The translations under genes were made by a program, and so were the position numbers. This document shows, piece after piece, positions 12,223-25,100 of a stretch of DNA of 64,000 nt (its first letter is position 1; each line of letters begins with the position of its first letter). The stretch is from positions 3,100,001 to 3,164,000 of the forward strand of contig CDPCPM010000148.1 in NCBI GenBank assembly GCA_976551045.1, given 5' to 3'. The stretch is from Glaucostegus cemiculus. Lineage: Eukaryota. The notes beneath the pieces are model-generated. The model made no database searches. It saw nothing but the letters and a program-made list of their open reading frames with translations, and had not been told where the DNA came from.

Positions 12223-14179
12223 TTTTGTGGAAAGCAACGAGCTTTGATGCATAAAAAGACAGAGTCTGAGGAAAGCATGTGAATATATACATGCAGTGAT
12301 GTCTTAATCACTGTTGTTACTTGCAGTCAAATGAATAAATTGCATCAGAACATTGGACTCCAGTGAATTGCAGTGGATTTAACTCTAACATCGCCAAGTC
12401 GAATGAGTAATATTCGTCATGCCATCTAGAATAACACTGTCAACTGAAATCACACGATACTGATCCTGCACCAACATCCGGCTTCACGAAGAACTGATAC
12501 ATCGTTACTCTGCGGCCATAGTCATCCCTGACCATTCACTGCGCACTCCTGCAAACTGCCCATTGTAATTCCGATCCATATATGGCCCTTTCACTCATTC
12601 TCTCGAGTTCTATCGTTCAAATTCTGATGGAATCTTTACCAGTAGGAGAATTTCACGTCCTGTTCAGACAACATGTAGAAATGACAAGGGGCAACATGAA
12701 AGGAAGGACACTGGTCGTCTTTCACTGAAATTCCGCTCTCCAGTGCAAAAGAGACGCTGCTTATTACTTTATTCGGCACACATCAGTTGTTCTAGGTGTT
12801 GAGCTTAACCAACTCATGACTTCATCCCTTCAGCTCACTCCTGCCTGCTCACGCAGCGTTCACTTTCAATAAGTAACAGCTGCGTTCAAATTCGCCTGTC
12901 AAACCTGCATAAAGTCACACTTGCAGTCTCTTCCTCTCAGATCCTTCGAACTCCCCATCAGCCCACTTCAACACCACTCTTTCACCACGTATACGCGTCT
13001 GTTCATAACCGCACACACACAGACTTATGCAGCCCATGATGCCTGAAATGAATTCAAATGTCTTGTAATATATTCCGCATCATCTTCCTCCTCATTCCTC
13101 TTCATTTGGATCCACAGATGTGGATAAACTTGTAATAAACTTGAAGTGTTTATTTCCCAATTTTCTGCCTTCATTTTGGATTTCAAAAATCTGCAGAGAT
13201 CTTGTTTAATTTATTTCCATTCATCACGAAGCTAATTAACGATAGCATCTAATTTTAATGTGTTTTTGTCCCTGAAAGCGCATGTAAAGGTAATAAATAT
13301 AGAACAGGGCTGATTACACGGCATTGACTTGGTCAAAACATTCGGACAGGCACAATAACAGAACACTGTCTCAATGTGAATCTGACTGCCGGTTCAGAAA
13401 CGGGGGGGGGGGGGGGGAATTATTTCCTTGAAATACTCCCACTGACAGATACATGTAAGTCACTCGGCATAGTAAGTCGCTGCATCAGGAGATGATGGAA
13501 ATCAGAAAAGCTAAGCGCACAAAATTGTGCGGCTACTCAGTAAATCTGTAGCGTGATAAACGGAGTTATTATTTCACACCAATTACGTGTCAAAGCTAGG
13601 AACGATTAAAGCTTCCAGGGTTTTATTGCGGTGACCGTTCGTTGAATAACAGAGGCAACGTGTTGATAGACACAGGACAAATATGGTTGCACAGAAGGAT
13701 GTGCGGCTGAGAAACAATGAGGCACTGGCTCCATTACTGGGGAAATGGAAGGCTTATTGTTGTGACCGTGTTCATATGAAGCGAGTGGTTACACGGCATC
13801 CAGACACCGTACTCCGACTGGAGCAGGTGGGACTTTGGGACAGGAGGCCAATGTCCAACGTTCCATAAATTCATGACGTTTTCGTGTGGACTGGGTGGGT
13901 TGGTAGCAAATTTGACCACGTTGCGTAAGAAAAGGACAGAGAAGAAAACATTGAAATTCCGACCTGTTGGCGTGACACCATGGAAAGCAAGATCCTTGAA
14001 TCCATCAGGATGGGAAACAGAACACGTTGAAAAGAATAGGTTGAGCAGAGCAAATGCAGATTCATCAGTGGAAATAATTCTTGGCTGGTCTTCCCAAATT
14101 TTTCAGGATGTGATTATTAGAATGGATAAAGTCGGCAGGCGCAATTTACTTCTTTCCATTTCCTGTCGTTCGTCCAAAC

Positions 14180-14760
14180 CGTCCAGCACAAGAGGTTGAT
14201 GCGGAGGATAGAGCACATGGATCTAGGAAGATTGTACCGACATGGACTAAGAATTATTTATTGGTTAGAATGCTGGTTGTCAGGCTGTTAAGCGCTTGGT
14301 ATTGGACAGATGGACAACAATGCCCTCACTTTTGATGATCGTTATCAACCATTTGCCTCAGAGAAGACAAGCGTGATATTTTCAAATGTAATTATGATAT
14401 TACACCAGGCTTGTTTGAGTTGCTGAACAGTGCATAATATATTCAGGGGTACGGTCAATCTGGGTGAGTGTATGAAAATATTGCAGGTTAAATACAACGT
14501 GGAAGTGTGTCTTTATCTACGTTGGTGCACACAACAAATAAAATGGAGTTCAGATATTCGTTTAACAGTGAGCGGCTGGGATGCATCTACATTCAAAGGG
14601 ACTTTGTTATACCACGACGAAAGTCGATGAAGACAAAAGCGCAGACGGAGTATGAAATTGAGAAATTCTATGCTTGCTGGAATTCTAAATCTTAAGGAAG
14701 AATTTGAAGACAGAAATTAGGTTATTTTTCACGGTGTATGTTCATGCAAAATCGCTAAGT
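14180..14760 (+). mobile_element. Highly degenerate CR1 RT fragment
   Basis: Traces of the W..W..GR.Q / LF.I.INDL / WQ..FN..KC segments. Confidence 0.45.
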
Positions 14761-15269
14761 TCTGCCTATTTCAGGAAGACAGTCCCACATTTCGCTCAAT
14801 AAGATGTGAAATCTTTTTAATGCGCTCCCGCCGTGCCACTCTGCACTCCTCTTGAACATGTATTGATTCTAGCGCTTTACACCAATGCCAGATTTACCAG
14901 ACAATGAGGCTGCCGATTGTAATGGTGCATATTTCTGAGAATGACGACGTTATACAACACCAAAGGAGTGATTACATTTGAGCTGACAGAAATGCTTTCA
15001 GGTTGTGTTGCCTGCACATAAACTGCGCTGCTGTCATTTCCACCACTGCTGTTCTCACAGACGTGCCTGTCGCCGGTAGGGCTGTGAGGACCAGGTCAAG
15101 CAGGTTTATCCCTCGTGTTGATCCACTCAGTCTGCAGGGGCAGCCTGTCAATCATGACCCTGTCTCATGCTGCCTGCCACTTTAATTCTCCATTCAACTC
15201 TCACCCTGTCTTCTCCGTCTGTGAAATCCTGATCTGTCACAACGAAAATGATGTGAATACTCAGCAAGT

Positions 15270-15715
15270 AGAAACTATGCAGTCTGCAAAATAGGGAATA
15301 TTGCACTCGGCTGCAGAAAGACAGCGAAATACATGACGGCATGTCCCTCCACTCCATGGAGAATATCGACAAGCGGCGCTGCCTCAAGAAGGCAGCACCT
15401 ATCATCAGAGATATCCAGGATCCAGGACATGAATCTTCTCGCAGCTATTATCGGGCAGTGCAGTCGCACACCAACAGGTTCAAGAACAGCTGCTTCACTT
15501 TCATCATTCTGTTGTTGAAACAACCCGCACAACCTTAAATATTACTGCAGTAAAGCAACACCATGACCTCTACAGTGGAATAGATTTGATAAATGGTGTT
15601 CTTTCTTGTGTAACATCATATTACTCATGTTAAGTTTATGCTGTGAGGGTTGTGTTTCCAATGTTATGCGCCTGTGATGCTGCTGCGAGGAAGTTTTTTT
15701 ATTGCACCCGTGAAG
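15270..15715 (+). mobile_element. Rex1/L2-like LINE 3' fragment
   Basis: SMENIDKRRCLKKAAPIIRDIQDPGH and T.RFKNS.F motifs, followed by 3' UTR. Confidence 0.65.
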
Positions 15716-15724
15716 AGAACATTG

Positions 15725-17700
15725 AACACAGATACCTACAGCAGAATTCAGGCCCTTCGGCCCACAAATCTGTGCCGAACATGTCCCTACACTATTAGGC
15801 TTACCATAGCCCCTTCTATTTATTAACCTCCATGTACCTATCTAACAGACTCTTGAAAGAACCTAACGTATCTGACTCCACCACCACTTCCGACAGCCCA
15901 TTCCACGCACTCGCCATTCTCTGAGTAAAAAAAAGCTTACACCTAACATCTCCCCTACATCTTCCCCCCAGCACATTAAACCTATTGTGGCCACAATTTC
16001 AGCCCTGCGGAAAAGCCTCTGACTATCTACCCTATCAATACCTCTCATCATCTTATATACACCTCAATCTGGTCCCCCCTCATCCGCCTTCTCTCCAAGG
16101 AGAAAAGGCCGAGTTCCCGCAACCTGCTCTCTTGAGGTATGCACCACATTCCAAGCAGCATCCACGTAAACCTCCTCTGCACCCTCTCTATAGCTTCGAC
16201 ATCCTTCCTGTAGTGAGGCGACCGGTACTGAACACAATACTCCAGGTGGAGTCTGACCAGGGACCTGTAAAACTGAAGCAATACCTCCCGACCCCTAAAT
16301 TCAATCCCTCTACCAATGAAGGACATTACACCATACGCCTTCTAAACCACGGAGTCAACTTGCGCATCCGCCTTGAGCGTCCTATGGCCGCTTACCCCAA
16401 GATCTCTCTGATCCTCCACACTGTCAAGAGTCTTACCATTAATTCTATATTTCGCCAACCTATTCGACCTACCAAAATGAACCACTTCGTATTTATCTGG
16501 GTTGAAGTGCATCTGCCATTTCTCAGCCAAACACTGCATCCTATCTATGTCCCTCTGTAGCCTCCGACAGCCCTCCGAACTATGCACAACTTCCTCAACC
16601 TTCGTGTCGTCCGCAAACTTACAAACCCACCCTTCCACTTCCTCATCCAGGTCATTTATAAAAATGACAAACTGCAAGGGTCCAAGTACAGATCCCTGAG
16701 TTACACAGGAGGTCGCCGATCTCCACTCAGAATACGACCCTTCAACAACCACTCTTTGCCTTCTGTGGGCCAGCCAATTCTGAATCCACACCGCAAGCCC
16801 CCTGGATCACGAGTCTCCTCACCTTCTCCATAAGACTCGCATGGGGCACCTTATCCAACACCTTGCTAAAATCCATGTACACAGCATCTATAGATCTCCC
16901 TTCATCGATGTTCTTGGTCACTTCTTCAAAAACTTCTATAAGACTCGTAAGACGGGACCTGCCCTTGACAAAGCCATGCTGACTCTTTCTAATCATGCCA
17001 TACCTCTCCAAGTGTTTATAAATCCTGCCTCTCAGCATACTCTCCATCAGCTTACCAACCACCGAGGTAAGACTCACCGGTCTATAATTCCCCAGGCTAT
17101 CCCTATTCCCCTTCTTGAATAACGGCACAACGTCCGTAACCCTCCAATCTACCGGAACCTCTCCCGTCTCAATCGCCGACGCAAAGATCATCGTCAGAGG
17201 CTCCGCAATCTCATCCCTCGCCGCTCACAGCAACCTGGCCGCGGCAACTTACCTAACTTACAACTCTCCAAATGTTTCAGCACCTCCTCCTTTCTCATAT
17301 CCACCTGTTCAATCCGTTCAGGCCGCTGCAAGCCCCCACTACAATCCCCTAGATCCTTCTCCGTAGTGAATACCGAAGTAAAGTATTCATTAAGCACCTC
17401 CGCTATTTATTCGAGTCCATACACACTTCCCCGCTTCCACTCTTGATGTGCCCTATCCTTTCACATCTCATCCTCTTACCCTTCACATACCTGTAGAACG
17501 CCTTGGGGGTTTTCCTTAATCTTATCCGGCAAGGCCATCTCATGTGTCCTTCTGGCTCTCCTAATCTCTTTCTTTTCCTTCCTCCTAGCCTTGTACTCAT
17601 CCAGATCTCTAACATTTCCTAGCTCCTGTACCTTTGGTGCGCCTTTCTTTTCTACTTGACTAGCTTTACTATAGCCTTCGTACACTACGTACTTGTACTT
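15725..17700 (-). mobile_element. CR1 LINE ORF2 (RT) and 3' UTR, 5'-truncated and frameshifted
   Basis: ORFs 16742..17191 (VPLFKKG, NYRPVSLTS, QHGF, DFSK), 16342..16791 (QGSVLGP, FADDTK) and 16048..16326 (RLHLEYCVQ). Confidence 0.93.
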
Positions 17701-17724
17701 GTTCATGTGACAATAAGCGTCGAG

Positions 17725-18048
17725 GACATCATATTGCTCTGTTTCTACTGAGAAATTTTAGCCCAGTCTTTTACTCTTTTTAGATTGTTTCTTTTTTTAG
17801 ACGTTTTCTGTTTAGTTTTGCTTATATTGTTTATAATTTTTCTTATTAATTTGTGACGTTTTTTCTTTTTTCTTTAAATGTATATCATAAATCTTTATTC
17901 TTTCCTATCTTTTATATTATACTGATTATATAAGTTACAGATTTTTCAAATTATATTTTATTGCTCTTTCTGATTACCATGTACAAACTTTAATGCTATA
18001 TATTAATCTGCATTGAATTGAAACTAGTAAAAAGAATGAAAAAGAAAG
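17725..18048 (+). mobile_element. L1 3' UTR-only insertion
   Basis: Homologous to 4142-4509 (gacatcatattg..tttcta.tg..aatttt.gccc). 13-bp TSD AATAAGCGTCGAG at 17712-17724 and 18049-18061. Confidence 0.85.
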
Positions 18049-18563
18049 AATAAGCGTCGAGTTCACTTAACTCGGTGATCTGACATCAGAAGTGGTGAAT
18101 GCTGACACTCTGTAAAAGCGGGTTAGCTGAAATTGTTGACTTTATTATTGGTTACTGAAGTTCTCCAGACGTATGATCGGCAGCTGTGTCTAAAGCTTAT
18201 GTTGAGGAAGCAAAGAGTGGAGAGGTTCGAATAAAAGAGCGATTGAGATTGTCTTCCAGTTCACTGGCTGCTGTGTCATTTCCGAGAGCGCCCAGGTACA
18301 CTCCTAACTAAATGAAGTCCTTGTGCAGAAAAGAATATTTGTTGACAAGAAAAGGTTGCAGTGAATCTCTTGAGATCCTCCCATTGTTTATCCGGTAAAT
18401 TAAGCTGACTGTTTTCCACATGCTTACTACCCGATTCTCCACTGTGTCCCAGAGAAAATTGTTTCAAGACGCAGAGGTGGTGCTGGAGAAGAGCCTATAT
18501 GGTGGGAAAGCGTGGCGGCGATGGACATCGGCGTGCATTGAAAACGGGGCAAGGACTTAATGG

Positions 18564-18565
<2 letters not shown>

Positions 18566-18630
<65 letters not shown>
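18566..18630. repeat. (CA)n microsatellite
   Basis: Direct reading. Confidence 0.97.
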
Positions 18631-18632
<2 letters not shown>

Positions 18633-19117
18633 CACGGGAGGGACACACAGAAACCTCCTTCTTGAGTCAGCCATTTGTCTCTGAGAGAGATCGGGTCACA
18701 GCGAATCAAGGATCGTGTCTATGGTGGTGAGGGAGACACGCAAGGAAATTTCACATTGGACGAACAACAGTTCAGTTTCACCCGAGCGATCTGGCGGAAT
18801 ATTTCTCTCACTTTAGTGAAACCTCTTCTTCAAAATATATATTTAATATCGTTCTGGCTTGCACCGTTACGACTGCCACATAAGTAACACATTTTACGAC
18901 ATGTGTCAGTTATAATAAACACGTTTCTCGATTCTGATTCTGAACTTGCAAAACAAATTGCTTCTGTTCCGTGGTTTCCTTTCTTCGCCTTGAGATGGTT
19001 TCAAAAGGAGAACAATGCACGCCCTTGCTATCGAGTCAGGCTGTGTTCTGCACAGATGGAAGTTGGATTGTCCTGATCGCGGTAGAATAGGGTAGCATAG
19101 CATTGGGACATTCCCCC

Positions 19118-19132
19118 CTCTCTCTCTCTCTT

Positions 19133-19174
<42 letters not shown>
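19118..19174. repeat. (CT)n microsatellite, followed by CA-rich low complexity to about 19590
   Basis: Direct reading. Confidence 0.95.
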
Positions 19175-19184
<10 letters not shown>

Positions 19185-21014
19185 TGTCTCGCGCTCTCTC
19201 AGGGCAGAGCGGACAGCAGGGACGCTTGCACGCACATACACTCAGAGGCTACATGCACAAAAACACATACAAGCACAGATAAACAAACACAAAGCACAGA
19301 GAGAGAGATGGAAATCAGACAGACATACAACACTCAAAGAAGCAAACACTGAAGCACACATTCAAGCACGCAATCACAGTTATACATAACAATCTCACTG
19401 GCAATGACACATGGACAGACACAGAGTCATTGGAACGCACCCAGACGAAACAAGATTCACACAAACACACAATCACACAACAGAACCAAACATTACACAC
19501 ATAAAATTACAAACACATGTACAGAAACTCACACAGGTAATTTCACTTTCAAAGACAAACAAAAATACAATAAAAAGACAAATCACAACTTCCTTCAGCG
19601 TCACGATTTCAGCATTTCAACTCGATCCAGGCGTGGAGAAATTGGAAGGATTCGATAAAAACAATAAAAACAACAATTATAGTTATCATAACAGTGGTAA
19701 CAGTAGCAAGTGTAAATTGGTATTTGCTTATTATTATCACAATTACCGGGATGCAGTGAATAAAGAAAATGAACGATTGATCAAACGTATTGAATACATC
19801 TGCTGAGAGCCGCTTTCAAGCCTCGACAAGTTGCGCTGTTTAGTGGTAACATTTAGCGAAGCCATTGAACAGAATTAAATATGGGATTCACGTTGAATTT
19901 GTGCAGGTATGTGCTTGATGATCAGTGTAGAGCAGATCGCTGTTCCCATGTACAATACCAACTGCTGCGCTTCCAAGCCTTGTTTATACCAGTCTCTTGC
20001 GCAATGCACCAAAGCCCATCTCACTGATATTCGTCAACCACAGCCTCATCACATCGTATTCTCTTCCATTTTGTCAACGCAGCTCACCACATAGAAAGAG
20101 GCCATTGAACCCATTGATTCCATGCTGGTTCACAGTGCAATTTAATTGCACCTCAAACCTTTCCCTGTTTCCTATTCTCCCCATTCTGCTCCTCCGACCA
20201 TCTCCCAACAAGTTTCCACAGGACTGATGACATCAGCTCCAGGCCAAGACACCAACTCTGCACCGATTCCAGTCGCCAAATTCAACATCTGCAGGGCTGC
20301 AATTACCTGCTCGCACCGATGCCTTTACAGCACATGGACATTATCTGCCATTTAGTACCACCGACAGTGATCCCTCGTTGGCAAAGCAAAGCACTGTCCT
20401 TAATTGAGTCATAGAGTTGTCCAGCACAGAAACGGGCTATTCAGCCCACCACGTCTGTGCGGACCATTTTGCCAGTATCCCCGAGTGTCACTACCCTGCA
20501 TTATCTTTCCATGATTTGCCAACTGATGTACATGTCTGAATGTCTCTGCAACATAGTATCGGATCCCCCCAACTACTCTGCAGTCCGGATATCAACCCAC
20601 CTATGTGGAAAGAAAATGGATCAACCCCTCACATTTCCTGCAGAGCTCACTCCTCGCAGCTTAACCATTATCCTGTTATCTTCGAATCCCCAGCAGGGGA
20701 ATAGGAATTTTGACTATCTACTCTATCTTTGTCTCTCCTAAACCCAGGTATCTCCGTCTGATTCATTATCATTGATGAAGATATTTTATCAAAATATTAA
20801 CAAGAAGAGAAGCCGCATATTACTGATGAACCTGACACTGGTAAATACACATTCATTCACTCCTGGGACATGATTGAATTACATCACTTGCTTGTCCTTG
20901 CTTTGTTTGTGCTAAATTAGTCACCTTAGATACTGGGCCTGAAAGAATGTCTTTGATGACGTGGCTAAAATGATGTTGCAGATTAAATGCTCAGGGGTTT
21001 AACTCTGAGTCCGA

Positions 21015-21020
21015 TATAAA
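21015..21020 (+). promoter_or_regulatory. Candidate TATA box of GPCR copy B
   Basis: TATAAA about 75 nt upstream of the ATG. Copy D has TATAAAT (50332-50338, minus) at the same distance. Confidence 0.45.
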
Positions 21021-21094
21021 TTGGGAACACTTGTTCAGGGTCTCTGCCGGAGCAGTCGCAGGCAGAGTGACTAAGGGCGCCGCCTCTGACTACA

Positions 21095-21170
21095 ATGGGA
21101 ATTGGATACAAAATAATCACGAGAATCGAAAGTATTTATTATCCTGTGATTTCAGCCATTGGTATTCCTG
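21095..21170 (+). CDS. Coding exon 1 of GPCR copy B
   Basis: MGIGYKIITRIESIYYPVISAIGIP + G|GTAAG, 76 nt; TATAAA at 21015-21020. Confidence 0.9.
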
Positions 21171-22337
21171 GTAAGACTCGTGTTTCGCGGTCAATGATGT
21201 TTGCTGTGCTGTGATACGGAGTCTCATTGCCGACGCTAACTGTTTCCCTCAGTCGTTTGCTCGGACCCAGTAGTTAAACGACAAGATTACTAACACACAG
21301 CCCCTTCAGTTTGTCAATGAACAGAGGCAGCGCTCTTCCTCAGAGTCTAAAATGATTATTTTGAGCTCAGAGCCGGAATCGGAGCGACAACGGCTCTGAA
21401 CTGAACAGTCCCGAAGCAAACAGGCTACTCTTGAAATACATGCGGGAAAGGAGGGTCAACGATTATGGACGGAGTCGGGAAAGCGGAATTGTTGGTGCAA
21501 ATATATCAGCCGTGATCCTGCAGAATGGCGAAAGCCGAGGGGCCAACTCTTTCTACTGCAGAACATAAGGCGCTTCGGCGACATTTTTGTCAACATCAGA
21601 CACTATATTCACAATTCGAACAACGTATATTGTTGAGTTTCTCCTGTACAGTCTCAAGCTCTGCTGGAGGAAGATCAGTTGAGATAATTTCACATACATC
21701 TTCAGATTGTCTCTGTTGTTCTCCATTTCAATGCTCACAATCCTGACCATATACTCTTCTGCCCAATGTCTCCATTGAAAGAACGGCCAGAGCTGTACAA
21801 TCTCAGCAGGTGTACAGAGGCACTGTTAACGTTTTCTCTGCCGAACACATTGGTGCGTCTGGTGAAGCCACACTGCTCCTGTAAACAGAGGCTCCATTTG
21901 GAACTCAGGTTTCCCCCAGCGTGTGAAATGGATAATTGCTCGCGACAGATTGTTGCCCAAACTTGTAGATGACGAGGAGACGATGGAGATTTTGGTGGGG
22001 GTTTTAAATGACAATACAATAGAATAGCTGAGAATGGGTGTCAGATGGTTGGCGCGGACGTTGGACCGAATCGTTTGTTGCTCTGCTCTATCGCTGCGTG
22101 ACGAGTGACCACCAGTGGACTGTTGAATGCTTCAGTTGGTTTGTGAGACTGGGATTTTGTAGACTCCCTAAAATAATATATCGCAAGGCTAACCCCTTTG
22201 TCACACTCGAATCGGCTCCATTAGGTATCACGTCCTCCCGGATGAACTAAGTCCATTCTCGGGTTCGCAACTCACTGTCTTTGCTTTTTACGTCGACATG
22301 ACCTTTAGTTGTTTATAATTTTATAATTTATAATTTT

Positions 22338-22430
22338 ATTTACAGAGTGGTAACAGGCCCTTTCGGCCCAACGAGTCGGCGCCGCACATTTGAAACCCCC
22401 GAATTAACCTACCCGTACGTCTTTTAGAAT
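22338..22430 (-). mobile_element. SINE 3' tail fragment in the intron of copy B
   Basis: Reverse complement gggccgaaagggcctgttaccactctgtaa is a CR1-like SINE tail, similar to the tail at 26850-26880. Confidence 0.6.
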
Positions 22431-22594
22431 TTAACGTTACTGTATACAACCGGCCGTTCACAATACAGGGAAGACGGAGTCTGAGAGGCAGCTCTGTTTC
22501 GCTGCAGTTTGCGCAATGCAGTTCCAAATTTCACCATAACCTTTTGCGTCCGGCGATAAGAAATATCGTCTCTGCTTCTTTCTCTCTCTTACAG

Positions 22595-23487
22595 TTAACC
22601 TCGAGGCAATTGTGATCCTGTGCCGGGGAAGGTGCGGTCTCTGCAAATGTATCACTCGCTACCTGGTGGCTATGGCGACGATCGACCTCCTGGTCGTTCT
22701 CACTGATCCCTTACTAAGATGGACTGGTAGGATTTATTTCCCGGATTCATTCCTGCGCATCACTCCGGTGTGCAGTCTCACTGTCGTCCTACTTGCCGCG
22801 GCCACCAATGTCTCTGTTTGGTTGACAGTCGCTTTCACCTTTGATCGATTTGTGGCCATTTGCTGCAAGAAGTGGGAAGCAAACTATTGCACCGAGAGAA
22901 CGGCGGCTCTGGTTATAGGGACAGTGAGTGTGCTGAGCTCTCTTGTAGCCGCACCTTGGTACTTTATTTATAAAGAGCAACGTTTCATTAACGGCGTTCC
23001 CTGGGACTGCATACCGACACTGAGCTTCATCACTTCATCAGCCTGGGCCGCATTTGACATGGATGACCGCGTCTTAATGCCTTTCCTTTCCTTCTTCCTG
23101 ATCTTGCTGCTCAGGCGCATTTTGGAATCCAGTCGGGTTCGCAAGGGATTCCGGGTCCGCAGCAATGGAGAGAATGACAAGGATCCGGAGATGGAGAACC
23201 GAAGGAAGTCCATCGTTTTACTCTTCAGTATCACCGGCAGTTTCATTTTGTTGTGGATGACGAAAGTTGTGTTTAACATATATAGGCGGATTGCACAGAA
23301 GAATCTGTACATCACGGATCCGGTTTATATCACGCAACAAACATCATTCATGTTACAGCTTCTCAGTTCCTGCACCAACACTTGTATTTATATCCTGACA
23401 CAGAGCAGATTCAGAGAGGAGCTGAAGAACGCGGTGAAGTACCCAATGAAATTAATTGTTAAATGCGTCAAACCAAGAAACACCTGA
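22595..23487 (+). CDS. Exon 2 of GPR139-like GPCR copy B; spliced product about 322 aa, with a 5-aa in-frame deletion in TM5
   Basis: Acceptor tctctctcttacag|TT AAC CTC. Open frame with ILCRGRCGLCKCITRYL, PVC, TFDRF, WDC, LLWMT, SSCTNTCIY and FREEL. Confidence 0.92.
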
Positions 23488-23931
23488 AGAGATTCGACAA
23501 CACTCGTTCCACATTTCATCCATGTGAAACATTCCCCGTAATTCCCTTATCATCCTCCTTCCCTTCACCATATCCCTCAGCAGTCCTGTTTGTGCCACTC
23601 TAGCCAAACGTAAGGGATTCTTACCATCTCCACTATTGATGTTGCTCATGATTTGTCTTCCACAATAAGGACAACCCTCAGAACCTTCTGCTCCAGTGAT
23701 GTGAAACACATCTCAACAGATCTCGGCATGTATTTGAGATACTCCGACCCAGGAAACCTCCCGCTGAATCTCGCGAGCACCACAAACGAACGTCATCATG
23801 GAACCATTGATTTTTTCTGGTGCGCAATAAATAAAACCTGGTCTTGATTAATAGTTCATGAAACTGATTAAGTTTCTGCACGTTATTTATTTATTTGAAA
23901 TATCAATTTTGATTGTTTCGTCAGTCAATTT

Positions 23932-23932
23932 G

Positions 23933-23996
<64 letters not shown>

Positions 23997-24470
23997 CTTA
24001 TCAATCTCTCCTTCCATCCGTTTTACTGCCTCCCTGTCTATGTATCTGTGTATCTTTTTACATCTATATATCTATATCTATCTAATCTATTTACCAGTCT
24101 ATCAATCTATCTGTCTGTCTGTCTCATCTATCTGTCTATCTTTCTCTCATTCAATCTATCTATCTACTTCTATCTATCTGACTGCCTCTCCATTTATGTA
24201 TATGTGCGTCTGCATTCCCTATCTCTCCATTTATTTGTNNNNNNNNNNNNNNNNNNNNNNNNNNNNNNNNNNNNNNNNNNNNNNNNNNNNNNNNNNNNNN
24301 NNNNNNNNNNNNNNNNNNNNNNNNNNNNNNNNNNNNNNNNNNNNNNNNNNNNNNNNNNNNNNNNNNNNNNNNNNNNNNNNNNNNNNNNNNNNNNNNNNNN
24401 NNNNNNNTTCCTTTCTCTCTATCTATCTCTCTATCCATCTAACTGTATCTCTGTCCATTATTTTTTTTAT
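23932..24470. repeat. (TATC)n microsatellite and degenerate extension, including an assembly gap
   Basis: Perfect TATC repeat at 23934-23996, then degenerate units; N-run 24239-24407. Confidence 0.93.
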
Positions 24471-25007
24471 NNNNNNNNNNNNNNNNNNNNNNNNNNNNNN
24501 NNNNNNNNNNNNNNNNNNNNNNNNNNNNNNNNNNNNNNNNNNNNNNNNNNNNNNNNNNNNNNNNNNNNNNNNNNNNNNNNNNNNNNNNNNNNNNNNNNNN
24601 NNNNNNNNNNNNNNNNNNNNNNNNNNNNNNNNNNNNNNNNNNNTAACAATCTTATCTCTGGAAAAGCAGTATCATAGTTGATTTAGAACACCAACTTCTG
24701 GGCGGGGTGGGGGGGGGGTGCGTTGAAACAGGTGAGGATCAGAGGCAAACAGGGATTGCGATTGTCTTGAGGAGGAAACACAGAAGAAACATCCAAATCG
24801 GAAGAACAACCGTGAATATTCAACCGAGCGAACTGTCAAAAGTTTTCGCTCAATTCACTGAACAAATTCTTTAAGTCGATTCCACTTTCCTCCTGTTGAG
24901 ATGGAATCGAAAGGATCATGATAAACAAGTTTTCTCTCGGCCCTGTCTGCGATGCTATTCCATGTTTTGGAGAAATGGTAGTCAGATTGCCCTTTTCGGT
25001 CGGGTAG

Positions 25008-25011
<4 letters not shown>

Positions 25012-25087
<76 letters not shown>

Positions 25088-25100
25088 TTCTCTCCTCTCT
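25012..25100. repeat. (CT)n microsatellite, followed by CA-rich low complexity
   Basis: Direct reading. Confidence 0.95.

Noticed and set aside
7659-23487. Assigning the symbol GPR139
   Set aside because: These are multiple divergent paralogs and orthology cannot be established without a phylogeny.
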